Shown piece after piece: positions 13,767-24,567 of a DNA stretch of 64,000 nucleotides; positions within the stretch are counted from its first letter, which is position 1; each line of letters begins with the position of its first letter. The position numbers were made by a program, and so were the translations under genes. Origin of the DNA: Tubiluchus corallicola (Eukaryota; Animalia; Priapulida); assembly GCA_030141605.1 (NCBI GenBank), contig JAQGDQ010000041.1:62001-126000 (forward strand). Reading direction: 5' to 3'. Below the pieces are notes generated by a model that saw only the letters and a program-made list of their open reading frames with translations, had not been told where the DNA came from and did not search any database.

Positions 13767-15515
13767 ATGATATTTTGTGTCAATAATTGTTGTCCAAATT
13801 TGTAATCGCAAATGTGATTTCACAATGGCCTAGTTTAAGATTTTGCTCATATTGTTATTTCTTAGTGATGTAACTTAAAACATGTTTGTTTGCCGTTTTT
13901 TCCTTCATACTCAAAAGGTAGCTTTTGAAGTTCTTCATTTGTTTATTTGTCTATGTGTCAGTGCGCCTTTCAATCTATCAATCCATCTGCTTCTGTTTGT
14001 CTTCGTCTTTCTTGCTTATATTGACACGTGTACAGTGTATACAACTTATGCACAATTACGAATAACGAATAGGTGTGCGTTGATATTATTATTTTTATTA
14101 TAACAAAAGACTTTTTGTTTGTGATTTTTTTCAATGGCCTACAGATGTTTGTTTCATAAATATTTCCATGTTTATTTTAATATTGTTTTAACTATGTTTT
14201 GTCGAAAACTATTTATTATTTGTATTTTTAGCAAGGCTTCGTAAATGACGTTATGCAAATTGTTACTGTAATTGACCCAAAAGTGTGTCATCCTTGATAC
14301 TGTTGCTGCCATTATTCTAAGCATCATTATTACTACATATCTAGCATATGCATAAGTTACATGCAAATGTTATAATTACATATTAAAGGTGGTGAACACA
14401 CCAACAAAAGCTAAAAGTCTTAAAAAACTCTTAAGCCGCTAATATCAATGTAATTCGGCGTAACACATGGGACATCTAAGTATATATATCCCAAGGTACA
14501 CTAACTACCGATAAACAAAATGTGATAACACTCATTCATGCAAGAAAGATAAACGATAGTTACATAAGCTAAAATTTGCAAGAAATTGTGAGAAAGATGA
14601 TAATTATTCATCATTAATATGACGTCAATATGATTATATTCATCTTGCATAGAAATACTATTGCTCGAAACCGAAACTAAGTTTTTTCCATAAAAAAATG
14701 TCAACTAATGTAAACTGTCTAAAATTATGTTACATTGTCCCGTGACATCGACAAAGGAATTATGTATTTATTTTCACGTTCACATTTTTCAATAATTGTA
14801 TAGTTTCATTTTGTGCAATTGATTTGAGCATAACGCTTTGGGAATATAGTGAACAATCAAAATTAAGCTAATTGTGACTACACTTTTTGCATAAATTCCT
14901 ATTTTGCAAATATGCTGTTGATTAAACTATCTTTAAGTTGATTAACATTCTCTTCAAACAGAAAATGACGTCATTTTTTTCTTCCTGTAAATGACAATAT
15001 ACTGGTACGTAATCCGAACTTTCTGTCTAGGCTTTCTGTACAGCTATAAGATTATTTCTCAGGTCTATTAATTTTAATGCATTAGTTTAATTTAAGGCAG
15101 CAATTCTTGCGTTTACCAGTGCATAACTCTGTTTTCGCTGAATTGCCTGCTATTTTAAATAGATGTTTTGTAGCTAACGTTTACTATTCATTCTTTCCAT
15201 TATTAAAAAATATCAATTTTTATGTTTTTAATTATTTGCACTTGTGCGCATTTACGATAGTTAACAACCAACGTGGTGCCCAAAATGGTCTGTAAATTTG
15301 TAAATAAAATTTAATTTCTTCTTCAACCAAACCGCTGTTTGTTTTATGTAATGAATTACAGGCTGCAAGCAAATTTGATACCCAGTTTATCACTTGCCAC
15401 TATGGTTCAGGCTCTATGACCAACTTGTTGTACAAAATTGTAGTACAAAAACTAAAATGCAAAAGTTAATTACTTTGATTTTGTTAAACTGCATGTGTAG
15501 TTTCATTCTCATTTC

Positions 15516-15672
15516 CTTTCCTGTTCTCTTCTCTCTTCTCTCTTCTCTCTTCTCTTTTCTCTCTTCTCTCTTCTCTCTTCTCTTCTCGTCTCTTCTCTTC
15601 TTCTCTTCTCTTCTCTTCTCTTTTCTTCTCTTCTCTTCTCTTCTCTTTTCTCCCCCTTCATTCTCTCCTCCT
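15516..15672. repeat. (TTCTC)n/(CT)-rich microsatellite
   Basis: Tandem TCTTC/TCTC units read directly. Confidence 0.93.
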
Positions 15673-15688
15673 CAGTGTTTAGACTAAG

Positions 15689-15990
15689 TGTGGAAGCCTT
15701 GTGTCTCGTACGACAAGGAATCCTGAAGGGCACGACTAAGTGACCTGAATATTCACGGGAAGCCGTGATCAGCGAACACATCGGAGTTATCCTGAAAGGC
15801 AGTGTGTAGGCCAAGATGGCCAAAAATTGAATATGCTAAGCTTATTCCAATAATTCATAGAACGGCAAGCTTGGGAGACATCTGCAAGATGTGAAGGACG
15901 ATCTTGAATTCGATCCTGATCTCTTTGAGTCTTCGGTTATACACCTCAAGATTGAAGGCTACGCTGTGCGAGACGTACGAAGCTTCCACA
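15689..15990. mobile_element. 302-bp TGT...ACA element with terminal inverted repeats (solo LTR or MITE)
   Basis: Starts TGTGGAAGCCTTGTGTCTCGTA and ends TGCGAGACGTACGAAGCTTCCACA (9-bp perfect IR, ~22 bp imperfect). GC-richer than the flanks. Flanks CTAAG/TTAAA are only a partial TSD. Confidence 0.45.
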
Positions 15991-17168
15991 TTAAACATTG
16001 AGGGTTGTCATGATTCTCAATTGATGAAGTAGTATTTTGCGCAATAAATTCTTCTGTACCATTACTCGTCATTTTTGTACCCCTCGTAGACGATTACGCT
16101 TACACATTATTTTATAGTCTTTGTTTATCGCAAGCCTCAATAGTGCAACAGAAAATTCAGTTGCAACGACCAAACATTACTTTTGCCTACTTCAAGTAAA
16201 TTCAAAATACCCTTAAAATCCATGAACAAATTAATAATGTATGTATGAACTTAAGTATTTTATACCCTCTTCTTGGTTTGTCAGTTTGCAATTAAGTCAG
16301 ATTCACACTAATAAGACATGTTCACACTCATGCGACAGTCATTAATAAAATCTCCGTAACCGCATTAATTTCCACATACAGATATCATTTGAAAGTAAAA
16401 ATTTCTTTCTACAGTACATACGTGCGCAAGTCATAGAAAACTCACACTCTCTCTTAAAACTAATGTCAACTTTTCCTTGTTATAATTGTTGTTATAATCG
16501 TGTACTCTTAGTACTGGTACTGCCATTGCAATTGGGCTTTGCATGTCGATATGAACAAATTTTTTTGTTGTTATCAAATAGGTCAGTTATTGGCACAAGT
16601 GATATTAAAGGAAATGAGAAGTCACTTAGCATGTTAGGCCTATTTTGCTTTTACCACCTTAAACTTAAAAAACAATCAAAGAAATTTGCACAAACGATGC
16701 CTGTAAAGTAAAAGTTGATTTATCTTATTGTTGTGCAGAAATTCTCAGGCGCGGTGGTGGTTGCCATTCATTTCAAAATTATGAGGTAACTGGTGGTCAT
16801 CGTGACTTTTCATAAGCTGATCGTGGCCTTCTGTGATGGTGTATTTTTGACGGTAATCGACATTGGAGGAAGAATGGGCATTCAAAATGGGAGCCCCCTA
16901 CTGTGAAATGATCGCGACTTTAAAGTGAAGTTATTAATTATACGAGACGTTTATCGCACTTTTATTACGAAATCCTTCTAACATTTTTCGCGAACATTAA
17001 AACAATTCCCAGTTAACAATTACCCAATTGCTCAATGTTAAATATAGGCCAAGCATCAACAAATGAGCAAAAATTTTTGAACCGTGTACCTAAAATATAC
17101 TTAATTACTTTAATTATAAAACGGATTATTAACTTTGTAGATAATCATGCCACTTATATGAAAATTGG

Positions 17169-17226
17169 GTAATTCTAAATCAAGATATCTAAATGTAATC
17201 ATTTAGATATCTTGATTTAGAATTAC
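17169..17226. repeat. Perfect inverted repeat, 27-bp arms with 4-nt spacer
   Basis: GTAATTCTAAATCAAGATATCTAAATG-TAAT-CATTTAGATATCTTGATTTAGAATTAC; arms are exact reverse complements. Confidence 0.95.
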
Positions 17227-18799
17227 GCAGTTTTACGGTTTAGCGCGAAATTTAACCAATAATGGCACAAAAATTGGTTTCCATTGCACTGTCAGTTTCT
17301 GAAACTTACGGTTTTAGTTTCAATTTCATTTTCTGACCTACGAGCAAATTAGCATAATTTTACTTTTTATGCAACAATAGTGTTGCTCAGCTGAGAGAGC
17401 ATTTTAACATACAGCAAACGGAAAAACGCCCATCAAGTTACAATAACCTGAACCTATGCAAACAAAAGTTAATTATTGAATGGAATAAAATCACCTGTTA
17501 ATGTCACTAATCAACGACAAATAATTATTATCTACGCCGAAATTAGATTGCTTTGTTAACGGCAAAATCGCCGTCAATTTACAGTAATACAAACACATCA
17601 GTCTACACAATCAAAAATTAATTTTAGATTAGTTTCAAAACTACCTGTTGGTAATCACTAATATCAATTGATTGTTATCCACGCCATGAATTTTACATCC
17701 GGAATTCTAGCGTAACTCGTGGGTCAGCATGTTACGGCTAGTTAACCAGTGGGGCACCTACATCTCTGCCTCCCAGGTTACTCGCTTTTTAGAGCACCGT
17801 TTCCACTCTTAGTATGTGTGTCAATGTGCATAGACTTCCTAGTTCTATGGTTAGAGAAAGGCCAATATTGTCTGCTGCATAAGGATGTGATGTAGGGGAT
17901 AAACATGTTACTGTTGATGTTAACCCTCGCAACACTTAAACGGGTTGTTGGTACACCATATACAATTTTTAATGTGCTGTTCTTCACAACGGGCAGGAAT
18001 TAGGATTAAAAATAAATTTGTGGTGTGTAGGTTTCAGACAAAATCACAACTCCGTATTCTGTGGGACTGTTACTGTCTTTGTTGTATCTCTGTGCATGGT
18101 CAATGGCACATCCGTGTAATGAATTCAAGGTTCGGTGCTCAAAGGTTAAACTTTTACCGTGTTATGATTCCAAGTGGTCGAAATTGGAGCGCACTAAAAG
18201 TCACTCTGGAAATGGAACAATGGAACAATAATTACCAGGAATTTTGTACACTGCATTTCATAGCTGGCCTCAAACGTCTAAAGTGCTTTTGATTTACTGT
18301 AATCTGTTTAGTAAAAATGAGTTAATCCGCTCACTTAGTTCGGTTTACCAGCCAAGTTGTTTGTTGAGCTGAGCGATGAAAATCAAATTACATCGTTTAC
18401 GGAGAGAGTGCGCGTGTTTTTGCAGTTAATGAAAATTGTTTTAATGTGGAATGATCAATCTGTGAATTTTGTGTTTTTCAATTTTGACATACACCGACTG
18501 TAACAAAAGCAAGTACTTAATCATTTTACATCTGTAAATGCGGTTTTACAATATATATTAGTATGTATATCAATAGAAACTGAGTGTTGCCCTAGGACGA
18601 AAGCCAACTAGTGTGGAAAACATGTCGTTTCTTAAATCATGTTTAAGTATAAGGGAAAATTTTAGAATGCATTTATGCGTGTATAATATGTTCAACGTCA
18701 TTGATTATTTAGTAATGAAACTAATTATTATTTACAATGATTAAATGTCATTGTAAATTATCAGAATGACTCGTAATTGTAGCATCCATAATTGTGACA

Positions 18800-18960
18800 T
18801 CGACAACAACAGCAGCACCAGCGGCAACAACATTAGCAGCACCACTAGTAGGAGCAAATACAACAACAACACTAAGAACGACATCAACGACAACAATAAT
18901 GACAACAACAACAACAACAACAACAACGTAGTAGCAGCAGCAATAACAACAATAACAAAA
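18800..18960. repeat. Degenerate (AAC)n/(AGC)n trinucleotide repeat
   Basis: Runs of CAA/AAC/CAG read directly; source of ORFs 18741..19037 and 18766..19044. Confidence 0.85.
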
Positions 18961-19153
18961 ATAGTTACAGCACCACCGTCGGCAGCGGCTATGCTGACAG
19001 AGGTGACATCAGTGATGGTGGTGGTCATCGTCGTCATAGACTGATTTCAAGAGCTTCTAAAATAACTTTTAATAATTATCTAAGACAGTTTCATTTATTT
19101 ACACTTAGTCATAGTTTAAATTAAGATTTTATGGATCTTTTTTATTTCAGACA

Positions 19154-22100
19154 ATGTTGCTCTGTGGATTTCGAATTTGCATTCTTTTCCTGGCATTTGG
19201 ACTATTGGTAGGTTAATTCACCACGAACTACTGCTCGAGGGACAGGAGAGGAACTCGAAATGACGTATCAAAAATCTGATTTTGTTACTACATTTAAAAT
19301 TTATTCCTTCGGAGTTTCATGACGATCTGTTTCGAAATGACAGTGCCTGGGGTTTTTTAAATGACGTCATTGACATTATGTTGAATTAAAGATGGCAGAT
19401 AAAAAAACCGACTCTGTCAGTTTATGATAAATTCGTTCTAGTATGTTCTTGGGAGAGTTTCATGACGACGCTTTGTGAATTGGTAGAGCCTTGGGTTTTT
19501 CAAAAATAACATTATCGCCGCCATCTTAAATTCAAAATGGCAGGTGAAAAATCTGACTCCTTCGGTCGTCGATGCAGAGCATGTACTAGTACATTCCTAT
19601 AAAGTCAATGATGCGGAATTAGTTCTAGTGTATTTGCATGGAATTTCCTTCAACCAAAAGGTACCCTCTGACTCGACGAATCACTAGAAATGATTGCCAT
19701 CATTAACTAACTATCATTGGTGTCAGCTGGCAGAGTTATACGTTGCTGTAATAGTTGTAATATAAGGAATCAAAAATTTTACCAACTATCCGAAATTCGC
19801 GTGGATACGGATGTTTTTTCACTAAAGTTCAGCAATACGGATTCAGTTGTCATTTAAATATGAACTTCATTTAGCATGAATGTGAAAATATGTGTTTCTC
19901 CTCTTTCTCTCGTCTGTCTGCCTCTCTCTCTCTCTCTTTCTCTCTTCCTCTCGTTCGGTCTGTCTGTCTATCTCTCTGCCTGTCTGTGTTTCTTTTCTAT
20001 CTCATTTTCTCTCTCCCCGTCTCTCTTTCTCTCCAGCAATATTCGCTGAAGATTTAACAGTCAAATTTTTGCAGGAAAGTGCAACTATTACTAGACGACG
20101 TGGGAGCCCGCAGCACCTCCTTGAGCAACGCAAATTGACACAAAACTTGCAGCATGGTAGCAGATATAGACCGCCAATAAGAGGCACAAAGTTGTCCTTG
20201 TCGAGATCTCTTTTACGACAGAGACCACTTCAGGCAATACGTGAAGACAGTGTTGAACCACAAACACTTGACGATAGTATAATGCCAGAAACGAGGAGAG
20301 TTGGAAATACTATTTTCGACATTAATAGACTGCCAACAACGGTTGTAAATAATAGCGCCAGTATTTTGCCAGAACGCACAAAAACAGCGGCAGTAACGGT
20401 GCAAAACAACAGCAACGTGGCGACGAGGATGCTTCCTTCTGGTTTAGTGATATTAGCAAGAACAACGAAAGAGACTAGGTTTTTGCCTACAACAAGAACT
20501 ACCACGTCACCAACAACTTCAAGCATGATTTCAATCACTAGGCAAAGAACAAGACGACTTCCTAGTGCCATGACCACATCTGTCACTGAAATGTCAACTA
20601 TATCAACAGGTAGCCCAGTTATCATGGCAACTCCTCCTGGTCTACTTCAGGTTACTAGGATTGGAAACGTGCTTCATCATACTAGTGCACTCATTAATCG
20701 AACACTAGCAAATAACAAAGTGACAACATTGCCCGAAAAAACAGTTAATGCAACTGTATTTGTGGAGGATGACCCAAATTTAGTAACTAAACAGTTTGGT
20801 CCAACTGGTTTAATCATTGCCGTAACACAGCAAAGTACGGCTGGAATAAGTAATGATACCTCACTTGGAGCCGAAACTACATTTGAACCAACTGAAGCAA
20901 CAACAACTGCAGATAGTACAACTTCCACAGAAAGCTCAACAGTTTCTCTAAATTTAACATCAGAAATGCCAACCACCACAGCTGAAGTTACAACCGTGAT
21001 TGAAACCACAACAGCTAACGTAACAAATGAGGTATCAACAAATGCAATGCAAATGAATAAAACAACAGAAAGTAATCTGGTCGATCTTCTTCCCGCGTTG
21101 AACCCTAATCAGACTAATAACACAGAGGATTCCTCATCTCTAAGAGATGAAAGAAACGATACTTCCTTGGAAGACCTACTCCCTACACTGAATTCCGGCC
21201 AGTCAAACACAGGTGCAGAGTCAGATTCAGTGGGATCAAGAAGAGGAGGAGGAAGAAGAGGAGGAGGAAGAAGGGGAGGAGGAGGTGGGTTCGGTGGGGG
21301 AATCCTGTTTAATCCATTCTTTCAAGGAGGTGAGCCATTTTTTCCGCCTGTTGGCAATCAGTTTCCAGTTCCTCCTAATCAATTTCTTAGGCCATTTCCG
21401 AATAACCAGTTTGGAGGGCAGGGTCATGACCCATGGGCTGAAACAGTGCGAGATCCTTATGGTGACCCATGGGCAAACAACCAACACATGCAGTCTATGG
21501 CTGGCCCTTACAATGGTCCGTGGCATGGGGCATCTCAAGGTCCTGATTCTCAGCAAGGTAATTTTGGAACAGATTCCTTCAGAGTATTCTCAAGCCATGA
21601 TAATTACCCTGAACAAGGATTCGGCTATAACAACAATGGGCTCCGTTACGGTCAGAATAACTATGGATTTCTCGACGACAGTGTAAATAGAAATTTCGAC
21701 GTCTTCAGCCACCAAGCTGAACAAGAAAATCGGAATCTGTTTCACGGACATAACGATAGGTTATTTTCTGAGCAATGGCCTGCTGGACAGCGCAGAGGAA
21801 ACTACCTCCAATCTTATGGACCTGATCGATATCTTGGCGATATCTTTGCAAATGCTACTGTATATCCTGATTATGAAGACCAGTATTATAACATGCATCA
21901 GACATCATTTAGGGGTCAAGAATACCACAATCCCGGTTTTTCTAATTCTCGGGGAAATTTTGGAAGTGTAGACACATACTATAAGGTGGAGGTAAATGAC
22001 CGAAGTCCAAATTATGGAAGTTCGAGAAAATTGACACCTGGACTAATTTATCCTCTGCAGGCAAAAGTTTCTCAACTACAAAACACTGACGAGAAGCAGT

Positions 22101-22354
22101 TGAATTATTATGGAAGTGATAACTCTGAAAAAGGAATTTCAAATCATGGTTCTCGAGGCGTGCCATTGTCCAAACTCGATAATAGGAATGTGCCAAATTC
22201 GTTAGGAAAGGTTGGTTTACGGAAAGTATATTGGCCAAATTATTGGTCCACAAACCAAAGGTCACACATTGGACAGACAAACCCAAAACCAACATTAAGC
22301 CCGTGGAATGGCGCAATCCATGGGTATTATAAAACCACTCAAAGAAAGATGTAA
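19154..22354 (+). CDS. Secreted low-complexity protein: mucin-like Thr/Ser region, (GGGRR)n hinge and Phe/Pro/Asn/Gln/Tyr/Gly-rich C-terminal half (~791 aa)
   Basis: Exon 19154-19211 (acceptor ttttatttcag ending 19150, donor AG|GTTAAT, phase 1) joins 20037-22354 (acceptor after a CT tract) to give the signal peptide MLLCGFRICILFLAFGLLVAIFA. The long exon is a 2.3-kb open frame. The first ~48 aa of track ORF 19892..22354 are the intronic polypyrimidine tract. Confidence 0.85.
19270..19570. repeat. Degenerate tandem duplication of a ~145-bp unit (probable interspersed-repeat relic) in intron
   Basis: GAGTTTCATGACGA...GGGTTTTT...AA(A/G)ATGGCAG occurs twice about 145 bp apart. Confidence 0.55.
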
Positions 22355-23427
22355 TAATAGTCCCAAAAAGTGTCAGTTGTACAGCAACATTATAATATGT
22401 AGATTGTAACTACCTTGTAAAAACTCATTGTACTTTGTAAAAATTTGCCCGCTTTTGTTGTGGTCATCATTGTTATTACTGAATAACTGCTTAATTCATT
22501 TCACATCACAAAGAGCTTTAAGTGCTTGCTTTTGCTTTTCTGTTTAAATTGAATCAATCACCTACCTCTGATCCCCCGTAGTTTTCAAGGGATTGTAATA
22601 CTGTCTGTGGTGGATCTGGACTATTTGTCTGCCTTTGTTACTAAATTCAGAATCTAATCCATTTTTGTTTAAAAAACTAAAAATCTTTGAAAACTTTTTA
22701 AAATCTTGCCTATTCCAATGTGGATGTAGTAGCCACTTGGTATTTAAACTTACCATCATTTAACGAACGAATGGCATCGTGAATTCACGTTTTCGTTTTT
22801 GTCATCTTTCAAATCTTTAATGTTTCGCAGCAAGAATGTGATTTAGTGAATTAAAGCATAGAAAAATCGAAATGAAAAAACTGCAAGTAGCTAAACAATA
22901 AGCTTGTGTAACTAATAGTGATTCGCTGTGGTAATAGGCGCTTTTAAGGGTGTTGTTCAAGGCGAAAAGTCAATTACCATTTACAAACTCGAAGAACTAA
23001 ACTTGTTCAGTATGTACCAAGTGAAGTGCAGATCGTAATAGGGTAATCCTGGCGGGGTTGTTATGGGTCAACTTAAGAGCGTACAAAGCTGCAAGTGTAA
23101 GAAAGTTCGAAAAACAACTTCATGGCTGTCTGAAGGGCACAATCCAAACGCGCGCCATTAAAACACATGATATGCCTGTGCGGTTTAAGATCAGCTTGTT
23201 TATTATTAACGTCGTAAGGAGAAATGTTTTTAAATAACAATTGTAAAACGATTTCAAAGAATCTTTAAAACGCTTACTAACTTTACAATTTAATGTAAAT
23301 AACTACCTTTATAAAGGTTATATTTTAAAAAATTATAAGGATTATGTAAATTTCATGTGATATAGTTTATGACATTCATGAGGAAAACGAAATGTTCTGA
23401 AATTATACAGTGTGGAATCAGTTTCTC

Positions 23428-24567
23428 CTATAATGACGTTTCTTCTTTCATCGGACTGGCCTGTCTTTGAGCTCCATTGGTAGTTTCGGATTGTTGTGCG
23501 GTACACGACGTCTGTTCTGCTCGTTTTGTTGATGACTTCAACGTTTCCTTTGTAGTCGTCATAGAGTTTACAATTCCTTCTTCTGCAATTTCTCCTTGCC
23601 TTCTTGGTGCTTGTTCAAACCGCTTTGTTATATCTTGTGTATTGGATTCAACTTTCTTTTGCAGTTCTCCCTTTCCTGCATCTTCTGTCGGTGGTTTTTG
23701 TACTGCATCATGTTTTGGTGCAGTGATGGGCTTCTCTTCTGCCGTCTTGGGCGCTTCTATTGACAGATATTGTGGTTTATCTCCTGTGCCGTCGGTTTTG
23801 TTCGCTGTCGTGATAAGATCCGTCTTGGGTTTTTCTGATTTTGTTGGCCTTGCCCTGCAAGTTGAAGGATGAGCAGTAGCCTTGGAAAATCTTGGCATCT
23901 TCCACAGCTGCAATGGCTCACACATCCGTTTTTGGTCGTGCTTGCTCCCTGTGCGACCTGCAAATGCCACATTTTTTTCCTCGCGCGTAGAGATGTCAAT
24001 TTTATTTTTCTCTATTTGCTTCGAGCTTCGTTTGTGAGCTGCTATCTGCTTCTCCAAGAAGGCATGTAGATAAGCATGGCTGATCAGCAAGTTCATGGGA
24101 GTTGCGGGCTTGGTACGCGTCCCGTGCGTCGCCGTTTTGATCTTCTGTGCTAGAATCGGTTTTCTACTTTGAACTGCTAAATATAATTCGGTTTCGGTTG
24201 GTTTCCGGTAATCGTGGGCTAGACGAAAGCCAGACTGTTGTTTAGCAGTGGTAAGACCAGCCGTAGTCGCGTATTTGTTCAATTTCACGAAATCTTTTTC
24301 TGGTGCGTCTATGCGACGACGCAGATTCTGTTCTGTTTTTATGTTCCAACACATTGCCTCCGCCGTTCCACCATCTGTTCTTATGTTCCGTTGTCCGTAA
24401 GTGAAATTGGCTTCCGGTAGCCAAAGTCCACGCTTGAACACGCGTCCAACCCGAGGTTTGAGAATCAATGGATTTTTCTTCATGGTTTCTCGCTGAACGC
24501 CAATTCTCAACTCTGACAGCGTGGGACCCAAGTTGGGCGCCATATTGTGCCCCATATTATATACCAT
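23428..24567 (-). CDS. CFAP77: Cilia- and flagella-associated protein 77 homologue, intronless coding region with Lys/Glu/Thr-rich C-terminal extension
   Basis: Motifs match recalled CFAP77 (C9orf171): IGVQRETMKKNPLI..G....LP..NFTYG....DGGTAEA..WN; KDFVKLNK.A..AGLTTAK; THGTRTKPATPM.LLISHAY; LWKMPRF. Start is one of three in-frame ATGs (24567, about 24555, 24543). A possible 5'UTR acceptor lies at 24606. Confidence 0.88.
   Translation of the reverse strand: MVYNMGHNMAPNLGPTLSELRIGVQRETMKKNPLILKPRVGRVFKRGLWLPEANFTYGQRNIRTDGGTAEAMCWNIKTEQNLRRRIDAPEKDFVKLNKYATTAGLTTAKQQSGFRLAHDYRKPTETELYLAVQSRKPILAQKIKTATHGTRTKPATPMNLLISHAYLHAFLEKQIAAHKRSSKQIEKNKIDISTREEKNVAFAGRTGSKHDQKRMCEPLQLWKMPRFSKATAHPSTCRARPTKSEKPKTDLITTANKTDGTGDKPQYLSIEAPKTAEEKPITAPKHDAVQKPPTEDAGKGELQKKVESNTQDITKRFEQAPRRQGEIAEEGIVNSMTTTKETLKSSTKRAEQTSCTAQQSETTNGAQRQASPMKEETSL

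Noticed and set aside
15394-15823. Overlapping Leu/Ser/Phe-rich and Arg/Glu/Lys-rich ORFs
   Set aside because: Products of the (TTCTC)n microsatellite.
20002-22316. Several minus-strand and alternate-frame ORFs over the secreted-protein exon
   Set aside because: Shadow ORFs of a low-complexity coding exon; no independent motifs.
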